DNA of 64,000 nucleotides from Planctomycetota bacterium (GTDB lineage Bacteria; Planctomycetota; UBA1135; GCA-002748355), in assembly GCA_002685965.1 (NCBI GenBank), contig NYZE01000005.1:1712-65711 (forward strand), written 5' to 3'. Of this stretch, positions 53,712 through 61,779 are shown piece after piece (positions within the stretch are counted from its first letter, which is position 1; every line of letters starts with the position of its first letter). Both the position numbers and the translations under genes were made by a program. The notes beneath the pieces are model-generated. The model searched no databases. It saw only the letters and a list, made by a program, of their open reading frames with translations, and had not been told where the DNA came from.

Positions 53712-54501
53712 GGTGACGCAGGCGTCCGCGCGGATCCAGGAGCGCGCTGCGGAGCCAGACGACCGCGATCCCCGACCCGAGGGCTGTGCTGCCAGCCAAC
53801 AGGAACATGATCAGGATCTGGTAGCGGACCGCGAGTTCGGGCGGCGAGCCGCCGAGGATCTGACCGGTCATCATGCCGGGCAGTGAGACGAGACCGACGA
53901 CGGTCATCGCGTTGAGCATCGGCGTCATGCCGGTGCGAATGCCGTCCTTGGTGAGGGAGTGCACGGCTTCGGCCGGAGTCGCGCCGAGGCACAGTAGGGC
54001 GTCGACTTCGCGCCGCCGTTCGAGCATCGCGTTCGTGAAGCGGTCCATGGCCAGCGAGATCGCGGTGAGGCTGTTGCCGAGCACCATGCCACCGATCGGG
54101 ATCAGGTAGGCGGGGTCCGACCAGTCCGGCGGCTGGATGACGACGAACACCGCATAGGTCAGCATCAGGAAGCACGGCACCAGGATCGATCCCGTCGCGA
54201 TCCAGCGCACGCCACGGAAGCGTCGCTTCATGCGACCGACCGTGGCCTGACCGGCGAGCAGACTCATGCCGGTCAAGATGGCCACGACGAGCCACGGCGA
54301 TCCGATCGCAAACACGTGGTGCAAGACGTAGCCGATCAACAGCAACTGGACCAGCGTCCGCAAGCTCGCGATCAGAAGCTCGCCTTCCATGCGCAGGCGG
54401 AACCAGAGGGACAGCGCAGCGTTGACCAGGACGCACAGCGAGATCAGCGTCAGGTCGAACCAATCGAGTGCGACCGGGCCAGCTTGCAAGAGAGCCATCA
54501 T
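53704..54501 (-). CDS. fetB: ABC transporter permease, YbbM/FetB (UPF0014) family
   Basis: 265 aa with about 7 TM. LIASLRTLVQLLLIGYVLHHVF and GMMTGQILGG are family-like. ATGA overlap with the upstream ATPase gene. Confidence 0.7.
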   Translation of the reverse strand: MMALLQAGPVALDWFDLTLISLCVLVNAALSLWFRLRMEGELLIASLRTLVQLLLIGYVLHHVFAIGSPWLVVAILTGMSLLAGQATVGRMKRRFRGVRWIATGSILVPCFLMLTYAVFVVIQPPDWSDPAYLIPIGGMVLGNSLTAISLAMDRFTNAMLERRREVDALLCLGATPAEAVHSLTKDGIRTGMTPMLNAMTVVGLVSLPGMMTGQILGGSPPELAVRYQILIMFLLAGSTALGSGIAVVWLRSALLDPRGRLRHLS

Positions 54502-55130
54502 GCCGCCTTGACCTCGAACGTCTGCGCGTCGTCGTACGTGCCACCATCGTATGTCACCCAGACAACCGCGGTGCCGTTGGCTCGGCGATCGGCGATGATG
54601 CGGTTGACTATCCCCATACGCTGTTCATCGAGCCCGCTCGTTGGTTCGTCGAGCAACAGCACCTCCGGTGACAGCTGCAATGCGTTGACGAGGGCCACGC
54701 GTCGGTTCTCGCCGCCGGAGTACTCCAACATCGGTCGATCGACGACGTCTGTGAGGTCGAGTGCATCGAGCCAGCTTTGGAGTGCGGCACGCGGCGCGAC
54801 GTGGTCGCGGTTGCCGAGCAGTTGCCGCACGCGTTCGATGAGCTCTTGCCCGGTTCCCTCGAAGCGCACCGGATCTTGCGGCATGTACGTGACACGGCGG
54901 CGTAGCTCGGCACACGGGATGTCGCTGACAGCCGTGCCGCGAAAGCGGATATCACCGACCGGTTCCGGGTCCAGGTCGATCATGCGTCGCAGTAGGCGCG
55001 ACTTGCCGGCGCCCGACTTACCTCGAACGACGATCATCTCGCCGGGGCCGAGTCGCAGCACGCCGTCGCCGTGTGGCCCGCAGAGGCCCGGGTAGTCCCC
55101 GATGGTCAGAAGTGGCGTGTCAGACGTCAT
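54498..55130 (-). CDS. fetA: ABC transporter ATP-binding protein, YbbL/FetA-like
   Basis: Track ORF to 55541; ATG at 55130 gives MTSDTPLLTIGD. Walker A GKSGAGKS, signature YSGGENRR, Walker B LLLDEPTSGLD. Start lies 11 nt inside the end of hpnE. Confidence 0.8.
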   Translation of the reverse strand: MTSDTPLLTIGDYPGLCGPHGDGVLRLGPGEMIVVRGKSGAGKSRLLRRMIDLDPEPVGDIRFRGTAVSDIPCAELRRRVTYMPQDPVRFEGTGQELIERVRQLLGNRDHVAPRAALQSWLDALDLTDVVDRPMLEYSGGENRRVALVNALQLSPEVLLLDEPTSGLDEQRMGIVNRIIADRRANGTAVVWVTYDGGTYDDAQTFEVKAA

Positions 55131-56457
55131 TGGTGACTTGTCCGAGAGGATCCAGGGAGCTGCGCGCCGCGCCCTCGAGCGTCGAGGGGAGGCCTGTGGC
55201 GGTCCAATCACCGGCGAGCCAGAGTCCTTCGATGTGGGTTGGGCCTGGCGTCGGGCGCAGGTCGTCGATGCTCGGGCGGGGCGCGATCGTTGCGCGTGGT
55301 TCGCGGACCACGAGCGCCGAGGCGTGCGTTTCCTCGGGCCAGGGAGCCGTACGACCGAGGTGGTTGGCGAGCTGCCCGAGTGCGAGCGAGACGATGCGCG
55401 CCGCCGGCATGCCATCGAGATCGGTAGCGCCGCCGGCGAGCAGGCTCGCTGGGACGTCGGCCCGCACTGCGCCATCCAACCGTGGTCGCCGACACAGGAA
55501 ATGAAAGGGCTGGCCGCCGAGCAGCGCGACGATCGGATCATCGAACGGCACAGCTGTGGGCGGTAAGGCGACGTGCACCGTCACGAGGGGTGAGTTCGGT
55601 ATCCGGTCTGCGGCCGGCGCCACGGCGAAGCGCTTGGTGAGTGAGTGAGCGCTGCGCCAATCCAGGGCGACCACGAGTCGATCATGGTCAGCGAGCAGCG
55701 TGCCGTCGTCGAGGCGCACGGATGGCGCCGGTCGCCGGGCTTCGAGTGTGGTTGCGCGGTGGCCGAGTAGCACACGGTGCCCGTGCCGACCGAGCCAATC
55801 GCGGGCCGGTTTATCCAGGATGGCGTCCCAAGGCTCAACGGGAATCCACATCGCGCTGTGCGCGCGGTTACCCGCGAATGCCTCGCGCAGGGTCCCAACG
55901 AACAGCCCTGCATCGCACTGGTCTGGCTCGGCGTTCATGACCGCGCGGCACAACGGATCGAAGAGATACGTGCGCGCAGTTCCGTCGAAGCCGGCGTGGC
56001 GCAGCCATGTGGCGACAGTCACGCCACCCCGCGGCAATGGCAGAAACGGGGCAAGGCCTGCCAGCAGCAACTCGAAGCGTTGGGTCAGCTCGAGGCCACG
56101 GATGCCGAGAAAGCCGGCGACGAGGTGCAGCGGCGCTGGCAAGCGCTTCCCCGTCATTCGTTCGACTCTGCCCCCCTTGGAGAGCCAGGTCAGTTGGAGC
56201 GCGTCGGGGCGATGGAAGCTCTGCTCGGCGCCAAGCGCCCGCAGCACGCGACGGAATGCGCGGTAGCAGCCGAGCAGAACGTGGGGCCCGTTGTCGATTT
56301 TTTGACCGAGCCGACGCGCTGCCAGGGAGAACGCCCGTCCGCCGAGGTGGCGTCGTGCTTCGACCAGGGTGATGCGGAACCCAAGCTCGTGATGCCCGAC
56401 CGCCGCTGCGATTCCCGCAACGCCGCCGCCGAGTACGACGACACTGCGCTGGCTCAT
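55120..56457 (-). CDS. hpnE: Hydroxysqualene dehydroxylase (FAD-dependent amine-oxidase-like), HpnE
   Basis: Track ORF to 56781; ATG at 56457 gives MSQRSVVVLGGGVAGIAAAVG (GxGxxG), ...EARRHLGGRAFS. ATGA overlap with the hpnD stop. Adjacent to two squalene/phytoene-synthase paralogues. Confidence 0.75.
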   Translation of the reverse strand: MSQRSVVVLGGGVAGIAAAVGHHELGFRITLVEARRHLGGRAFSLAARRLGQKIDNGPHVLLGCYRAFRRVLRALGAEQSFHRPDALQLTWLSKGGRVERMTGKRLPAPLHLVAGFLGIRGLELTQRFELLLAGLAPFLPLPRGGVTVATWLRHAGFDGTARTYLFDPLCRAVMNAEPDQCDAGLFVGTLREAFAGNRAHSAMWIPVEPWDAILDKPARDWLGRHGHRVLLGHRATTLEARRPAPSVRLDDGTLLADHDRLVVALDWRSAHSLTKRFAVAPAADRIPNSPLVTVHVALPPTAVPFDDPIVALLGGQPFHFLCRRPRLDGAVRADVPASLLAGGATDLDGMPAARIVSLALGQLANHLGRTAPWPEETHASALVVREPRATIAPRPSIDDLRPTPGPTHIEGLWLAGDWTATGLPSTLEGAARSSLDPLGQVTNDV

Positions 56458-57311
56458 ATGCCGAACAGCGCCAAGTAAACCTTTCGCCACAACGGCACAC
56501 GCACGGGTGGCTGGACGAGTGATTGCGCACCGCGTGCTTCGACGCGTCTTCGCAGGTCGCGGTAGATCGTGCCCATGATGCGCGCCGGGCGTAGCGCACC
56601 CCGGTCGGCTTGGGGCAACAACTCTGCTGCCTCGTCGTAGAGTCGGTCGGCGCGCTGGTGTTCCGCGGCGAGCAGCTTCTCGATCGGCCCGCCGTCGGCT
56701 ATCGCGTGGCCAGGCGGCGTGCTGCACAGCCAAGATGGGTCGACGTTGTGTTCCTGCAGCGCGTCGAGCGGTAGGTAGCAACGTCCGTTGTCACAGTCTT
56801 CGCCGATGTCGCGCAGGATGTTCGTGTACTGCAACGCGATGCCCAGGCGCTCGGCGTAGCCGCGTGAGCGCTCACGGTCGGCGCCGAACACCGGGAGGCA
56901 GGCAACGCCGACCGCGGAGGCGACCCGTCGCATGTACGACTCGAGCTCGGCAAACGTGGCGTAGGTGCGGTCAGCGAGATCCATGCGTACGCCGGCGCAG
57001 ACCTCGTCGAACGGCTCGCGATCGAGGCCGAACTGCGCTGCGGCGCGATGCAGGGCGTAGCCGAGGGGAGTCTGCGGTGTGGCCGCGAACGCGGCTTCGA
57101 GCTCATTCTCCCAGAACACGAGATGTTCGTTTGCCTGGTCTCGGTCGCCGAGATCGACCGCATCGTCGACGACCCGGCAGAAGCCATAGACTGCGAGCAG
57201 AGCCCGCCGCCGTCCCGGCGACAGGAAGGCGAACGAGATCAGGAAATTCGAGCCGGCCGCTCGTGCGATTTCGAGCGGGCTGCGTTTGGCTGCGACGGGG
57301 ACTACAGGCAT
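56454..57311 (-). CDS. hpnD: Presqualene diphosphate synthase, HpnD (squalene/phytoene synthase family)
   Basis: Track ORF to 57542; ATG at 57311 gives MPVVPVAAKRSPLEIARAAGSNFLISFAFLSPGRRRALLAVYGFCRVVDDAVD (first Asp-rich motif). YTNILRDIGEDCDNGRCYLP (second). Confidence 0.75.
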   Translation of the reverse strand: MPVVPVAAKRSPLEIARAAGSNFLISFAFLSPGRRRALLAVYGFCRVVDDAVDLGDRDQANEHLVFWENELEAAFAATPQTPLGYALHRAAAQFGLDREPFDEVCAGVRMDLADRTYATFAELESYMRRVASAVGVACLPVFGADRERSRGYAERLGIALQYTNILRDIGEDCDNGRCYLPLDALQEHNVDPSWLCSTPPGHAIADGGPIEKLLAAEHQRADRLYDEAAELLPQADRGALRPARIMGTIYRDLRRRVEARGAQSLVQPPVRVPLWRKVYLALFGI

Positions 57312-57401
57312 CGGTTCGTCAGGGTACACGAGTCTGATCGCCACTTCGATTGATGCGAAGCCTCGATATGCTGCTGTGTTCCCGGATGCGAGCTCACCGA
57401 C

Positions 57402-58238
57402 ATGACGACGGCTTGCCCAATCTGCACGAGCGACACGGTTTCCCTTTGGAAGACCGACGAGGCGGATTATCGGCGTTGCCCGAAGTGTGACTACCTGAAG
57501 CCCTGTGCCACGGGGCTCAAGCCCCTCGAGCTCAACGTCCAAATCTACACCGAGAAGTTCGACGAACGGCTCAGCACCGTGTCGGTCGTCGATCCCAAAC
57601 GCGCGCGCAAGTATGGCCGGCTACTCGCCGCGGTCGCGTCCAGGCGGAGCACCGGGAACTTCCTCGACATCGGTTGCGGCGCGGGTCGCCTGCTGCAGGT
57701 CGCCGCAGCGCGGCAGTGGCAAGCGTTCGGCGCCGACCCGGCTATGACGAATGCAGCGAGTCAGAAACGGGATGGCATCACCATTGTCCCGCGCGTGCTG
57801 CAGGAGTGCGGCTTCGAGGACGGCTTCTTCGATGTCGTCCACGCCAACGAGGTCGCCGAGCACGTGCCTGACGTGTCCGACTTGGTCGGCGAAATCGCAC
57901 GCATTCTTCGGCCCGGTGGCGTCGTGGTCTTTCGTACGCCCCACTACCGCAGCTGGTCCGCACGACTCGTCGGGTCACGTTGGCGCCAGTACGGCCTCTG
58001 GGGCAAGGGACACGTCGGCTTCCTGTCGGTGAAGACCTTTCGCTACCTATTCAGTCAACACTCGCTGCGGCTCAATCGAGTCGAGACGCAACACTTCTCG
58101 GTGCGTGACTGGTGGGGTGAGAAGCGAAGCCCGTTGCGCAGGATCGTGCACAGAGTCTGTCGCCTCGTCGAGCCAATCGTGCGCCTGACGCACAATGGCG
58201 AGAGGCTGACGGTGTGGGGCGAGAAGCCTTCCGCCTGA
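57402..58238 (+). CDS. Class I SAM-dependent methyltransferase with N-terminal zinc ribbon
   Basis: 278 aa. CPICTS...CPKCDY (CxxC-N17-CxxC), motif I FLDIGCGAGRLLQV, VVHANEVAEHVPD, LRPGGVVVFRTP. Confidence 0.8.
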   Translation: MTTACPICTSDTVSLWKTDEADYRRCPKCDYLKPCATGLKPLELNVQIYTEKFDERLSTVSVVDPKRARKYGRLLAAVASRRSTGNFLDIGCGAGRLLQVAAARQWQAFGADPAMTNAASQKRDGITIVPRVLQECGFEDGFFDVVHANEVAEHVPDVSDLVGEIARILRPGGVVVFRTPHYRSWSARLVGSRWRQYGLWGKGHVGFLSVKTFRYLFSQHSLRLNRVETQHFSVRDWWGEKRSPLRRIVHRVCRLVEPIVRLTHNGERLTVWGEKPSA

Positions 58239-59078
58239 TCAAAGCCGCGGCTTCCAGGGCAACAGCGTGCGCAGCAAGAGCTCCGGTGCATCGGCCTTGT
58301 GAATCGTCGGTCGCCGGCGTGCTACGTCGTAGTTCATGGTCCGCATGCGGTCCACGATGACACAGGCGGCCTGAAGGACCGCACGGATCTCGAGACCGGA
58401 GCGGCCACCGAGGCGTCGCGGCAACTCGAACCCCTCCGCGAAACGCGCGGCACAATCGTCGACCAGTTCGGCGACGACACGTTGGAGGCCGCGCGATGTA
58501 GTGTCCGCAGCGAGGTCGTCCACGCTCACGCCGAAGTGGAGCATGCGGTCGGCGGGCAAGTAGACGCGGTCACGTTCCAGGTAGTCGGAGCGAACGTCCT
58601 GACAGTGGTTGAGGATCTGCAGGCCCGTGCAAATGCGATCCGAGAGGTGTTCGTTGACGGCGTCGGCGCGTCGGAACAGGTGCAGCATCAGGCGCCCGAC
58701 AGGATCGGCGCTGTCGCGGCAATAGGAGAGCAGGTCGTCCATGTCGGTGTAGCGACCCTGGGCGAGGTCACGCTCGAACGCATCGAGCAACCGAAACAGC
58801 AGTGTTTCGGGCAGCGCGAACTCGCGCACGGTGCTCGCCAGGTTGACCAGTAGCTGAATCGACGGGCGTCCGTCGAGTGCATCGCGCGTGGCACTGCGCC
58901 ACTCGTGCAAGGCGGCGAGGTCGCCCGCTTCATCGACGAGGTCGTCCGCGACGCGTGCGAAGGCATAGAGACGGTGCACGTGCGGCCGCAGCGCTTTCGG
59001 TAGGAATCGAGAGCCCACCGGGAAGTTCTCGTAGTGCTCCTGTGCGAGCCTGGTTGCGTTGTCGACGTCTGATCCCAT
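58239..59078 (-). CDS. hpnC: Hydroxysqualene synthase, HpnC (squalene/phytoene synthase family)
   Basis: Track ORF to 59183; ATG at 59078 gives MGSDVDNATRLAQEHYENFPVGSRFLPKALRPHVHRLYAFARVADDLVDE (HYENFPV is HpnC-typical). ILNHCQDVRSDYLERDRVYLP. Confidence 0.75.
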   Translation of the reverse strand: MGSDVDNATRLAQEHYENFPVGSRFLPKALRPHVHRLYAFARVADDLVDEAGDLAALHEWRSATRDALDGRPSIQLLVNLASTVREFALPETLLFRLLDAFERDLAQGRYTDMDDLLSYCRDSADPVGRLMLHLFRRADAVNEHLSDRICTGLQILNHCQDVRSDYLERDRVYLPADRMLHFGVSVDDLAADTTSRGLQRVVAELVDDCAARFAEGFELPRRLGGRSGLEIRAVLQAACVIVDRMRTMNYDVARRRPTIHKADAPELLLRTLLPWKPRL

Positions 59079-59173
59079 GGCGGTCCGCCCCGAAGTTACC
59101 GGGTGGACGGCATCACGTCGCCGTTCAGCGCCGTCGGAAGAGAACCTTGAGCTCACTGAGCTGGTCGCGGCCG

Positions 59174-59215
59174 ACAGAGTCACTCAAGAACAGAGTCACT
59201 CAAGAACAGAGTCAC
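59174..59215. repeat. Short intergenic tandem repeat, 16-bp unit acagagtcactcaaga x2.6
   Basis: Read directly. Lies 96-137 bp upstream of the hpnC start (minus strand) and downstream of the C-methyltransferase-like gene. Confidence 0.9.
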
Positions 59216-59328
59216 GGGGAACTCGGCTGTCAGGAGTGTGCGCAGACCGATGTCAGCCCTCAGCGTTTCTGGCGTGATCCCGTGCGCACCTAGGCACAGG
59301 GCTGCCGCCGTCCAATGGCCGCGTGCTG

Positions 59329-60483
59329 CTACACGGCGACGATCTCGGCCTCGAGCCCTAGCTGTGCGCACTCTGCCTCGATCTCGGCACTGTAGATAGG
59401 GTTCATGACGACGATGCGATCGGGCCGAACAGGCAACGCACCCTCGGGCCCCGTCACCTCCTGCCCCGTGCCGGGCACGAAGCGCCCTTGCTTGCGTGGG
59501 TTCTTGTCGATCACGCACGCGATTTCGCTACCACCCTGCACGACATTGAGGAAGGTCACGCCCTTGGAGCCCGCACCCCAGATCGCAACCTTGTGCCCCT
59601 GCTCGCGCCAGTCCGCGAGGCGCTCACCCCAAACGCGTTGCCGCTCCGCGAACCTCTCGCCGAAGACCTCGCACAGGGCGGCGACTTCGCGCACCGCCTC
59701 GTCGGCCACGTCGGGTGGTTCGGGCACGGCCGTCGGACGCGCATCGATACAGAGGAACTGCTCGTCGTAGGCTGTCCAGACAGCGTCGACTTTGAAGCCA
59801 CATGCGACGAACAACCGCGTCAGTGACGCGGGCGTGTAGTAGGCGACGTGCTCGTAGATCACGTCCCAGACACCGAGGTCGCGCAGGGTCCAGAGCCCGT
59901 TCGGTACCTCGAAGTAGAGCGGCGTCGCGCCGGGTAGGGCGGCGTCGTGGATCTGCCCCAGGAAGTCGCGCGGGGCGGACACGTGCTCGAGCACGTGCTG
60001 CGACACGATCAGGTCGGCGTGCTGACTTCTGTCGTCGGCGCTGAAACGCTCCTTCACGATCGTGGTCGCCGTGCTCGCCGGGTCACCGACGAAGCTCTCG
60101 TCGAAGCCGATCCCCGTGTTTTGGCCCGCCTCGCACAGCATGGCGAGGAACTCGCCCTTGCCCGAACCGACCTCGATGACTGTCTTCTCGGTCAGGGCGT
60201 GTTTCTCGACCAGTCGTTGCACGAGCGTTCGCGCGTAGTCGAGGAAGGTGTCGGAGAAGTGCAGCGACGTTTCATAGTCGGGTGAGTAGCGGACGAGCTC
60301 TTCGTCGAAAGCGCTGTTCCACACGAGCCCGCTCAGCGGGCAGTAGCCGAGCTCGATGTCGCCGCGCGGCGCTTCCAGTGCATGCTCACGGGTCGGCCAC
60401 AGCACGTTGCAATAGACCGGCACGCGTGCGAGCCAGAAGAACGGGATCAGGTCGACGTCGGAGAAGATCGGTGAAGCGGTCAC
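59329..60483 (-). CDS. Three-domain SAM-dependent methyltransferase resembling NDP-hexose C-methyltransferases (TylCIII-like), Zn-binding Cys pairs degenerate
   Basis: 384 aa. Motif I VIEVGSGKGEFLAML; C-terminal Rossmann-like VAIWGAGSKGVTFLN. The N-terminal region that normally carries CxxC...CxxC reads PIFSDV...VYCNVLW...LGYCPLSGLVW. Confidence 0.65.
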   Translation of the reverse strand: MTASPIFSDVDLIPFFWLARVPVYCNVLWPTREHALEAPRGDIELGYCPLSGLVWNSAFDEELVRYSPDYETSLHFSDTFLDYARTLVQRLVEKHALTEKTVIEVGSGKGEFLAMLCEAGQNTGIGFDESFVGDPASTATTIVKERFSADDRSQHADLIVSQHVLEHVSAPRDFLGQIHDAALPGATPLYFEVPNGLWTLRDLGVWDVIYEHVAYYTPASLTRLFVACGFKVDAVWTAYDEQFLCIDARPTAVPEPPDVADEAVREVAALCEVFGERFAERQRVWGERLADWREQGHKVAIWGAGSKGVTFLNVVQGGSEIACVIDKNPRKQGRFVPGTGQEVTGPEGALPVRPDRIVVMNPIYSAEIEAECAQLGLEAEIVAV

Positions 60484-60601
60484 TTATTTGGACCAGCGGC
60501 TCTTGGTCAGAGCCCGGATGTGCTGCGAGGCGCGCTGGTCGTATTGCATCGTCCGCAGCGCAGGGTCGGCGTACAGCGCGTCCACCCTGCCCACAGCGGG
60601 G

Positions 60602-61462
60602 CTACCGGCGGCCGCGTCGACGGTCGCCGATGCGCGTTGCCTTCTCGTCGCGAACCGGCAGCTTGGCGCGGTCCAGTAGCTTCTTCTCGGCCTTGAGCAG
60701 CTTCTTTTCCAGCGCGACGAGGGCGGCGGTGTCCTTGTCGAGCTTGGCCTTCTTTGCGACCGGAATCGTCCCTTTCTTGGCCAAGCGCGCCATCTTGTTC
60801 TGCAGTGTCCTCTGCTTGCCTTCGTACAGCATGTAGTCGTTGAGGAAGTTGCGGTACTGCTTCACGAACTTGGGCAGCTGCACCTTGCCCTTGGCGAAGG
60901 TCTTGGCGGCGCGTGTGACCAGTGCGACCAACACCCTCGGCTTGCCCTTGTAACCCTTCATCGAGGCATTGCCCGCGACCTTGCCCTTCTCGTTGAACGC
61001 TACGAACATCGGCGACTTCTTGCCGAACATGCCGCGAGCCATTTCGTCTTGTGAAAGGTCGACTCGGCCACACTTGTAGTAGCGGAGCGCGATGGCGATG
61101 TTCGATGGCGCGCGGAACATGAGGCTCTCAAAGTTCTCGTGCTTGCGCTTGTCGGTGCGCGGGTCGAACAGGTAGAGCAGCGACAGATGCCCATCCTTGC
61201 TGGCGCTCTTGACGAGCGTCGTTTCGGCCAGGCCGTTCATGCCTTTGAAGAGCATCTGTTCTGACAGCGTGACGTCGACGAAGTAGGTCCCCATCCGGCC
61301 CAGGATGGCCTCAGATGGGCCGAAGCCGCGGCCACCGCCTGGACCGCCCTGCGCGCCCTGCCCGCCGGCCCCGCCGCGCTGGGCCGGCAGGGCGATGCAC
61401 GAGAGCAGAGCTACCAGAGCCCAAGACAACGGGGAGCGGGGGAGGTTCGTCATCGGTGACAC
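60602..61462 (-). CDS. Hypothetical secreted protein; Gly-rich linker, unrecognised globular domain, Lys-rich C-terminal helix
   Basis: 286 aa. Signal LSWALVALLSCIALPAQ, then GGAGGQGAQGGPGGGRGFG. C-terminus KKAKLDKDTAALVALEKKLLKAEKKLLDRAK. High GC3 in frame. Confidence 0.55.
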   Translation of the reverse strand: MSPMTNLPRSPLSWALVALLSCIALPAQRGGAGGQGAQGGPGGGRGFGPSEAILGRMGTYFVDVTLSEQMLFKGMNGLAETTLVKSASKDGHLSLLYLFDPRTDKRKHENFESLMFRAPSNIAIALRYYKCGRVDLSQDEMARGMFGKKSPMFVAFNEKGKVAGNASMKGYKGKPRVLVALVTRAAKTFAKGKVQLPKFVKQYRNFLNDYMLYEGKQRTLQNKMARLAKKGTIPVAKKAKLDKDTAALVALEKKLLKAEKKLLDRAKLPVRDEKATRIGDRRRGRR

Positions 61463-61779
61463 TCCGGAATAGGACGACTGCGATGGCCCCCCTTATACGT
61501 GCTGATCCTTGCGTTGGTCAGTAGTTCGAGCCTGTTGATACATCGCGGAAATAGCCTCCGGTGGCTCCCGGGGACAGAGACAGGTTGACCCTCGAGCGAG
61601 GTCTACACGAGCAGAGACCTCGCTGTCAGGCGTCGGATAAGTGCTCCAATGGGGTCGCTGTTGCGCCGCTGGCCAGCGCGGGGTGAGTTGGTTGTGTGCC
61701 CTTGGGTTGGCCGTAAGATCTAGGTTCGCGACTCGATCTACTGCAAATCGCCTCGTCGCTCCTGGCCCTTGGAGACTCC

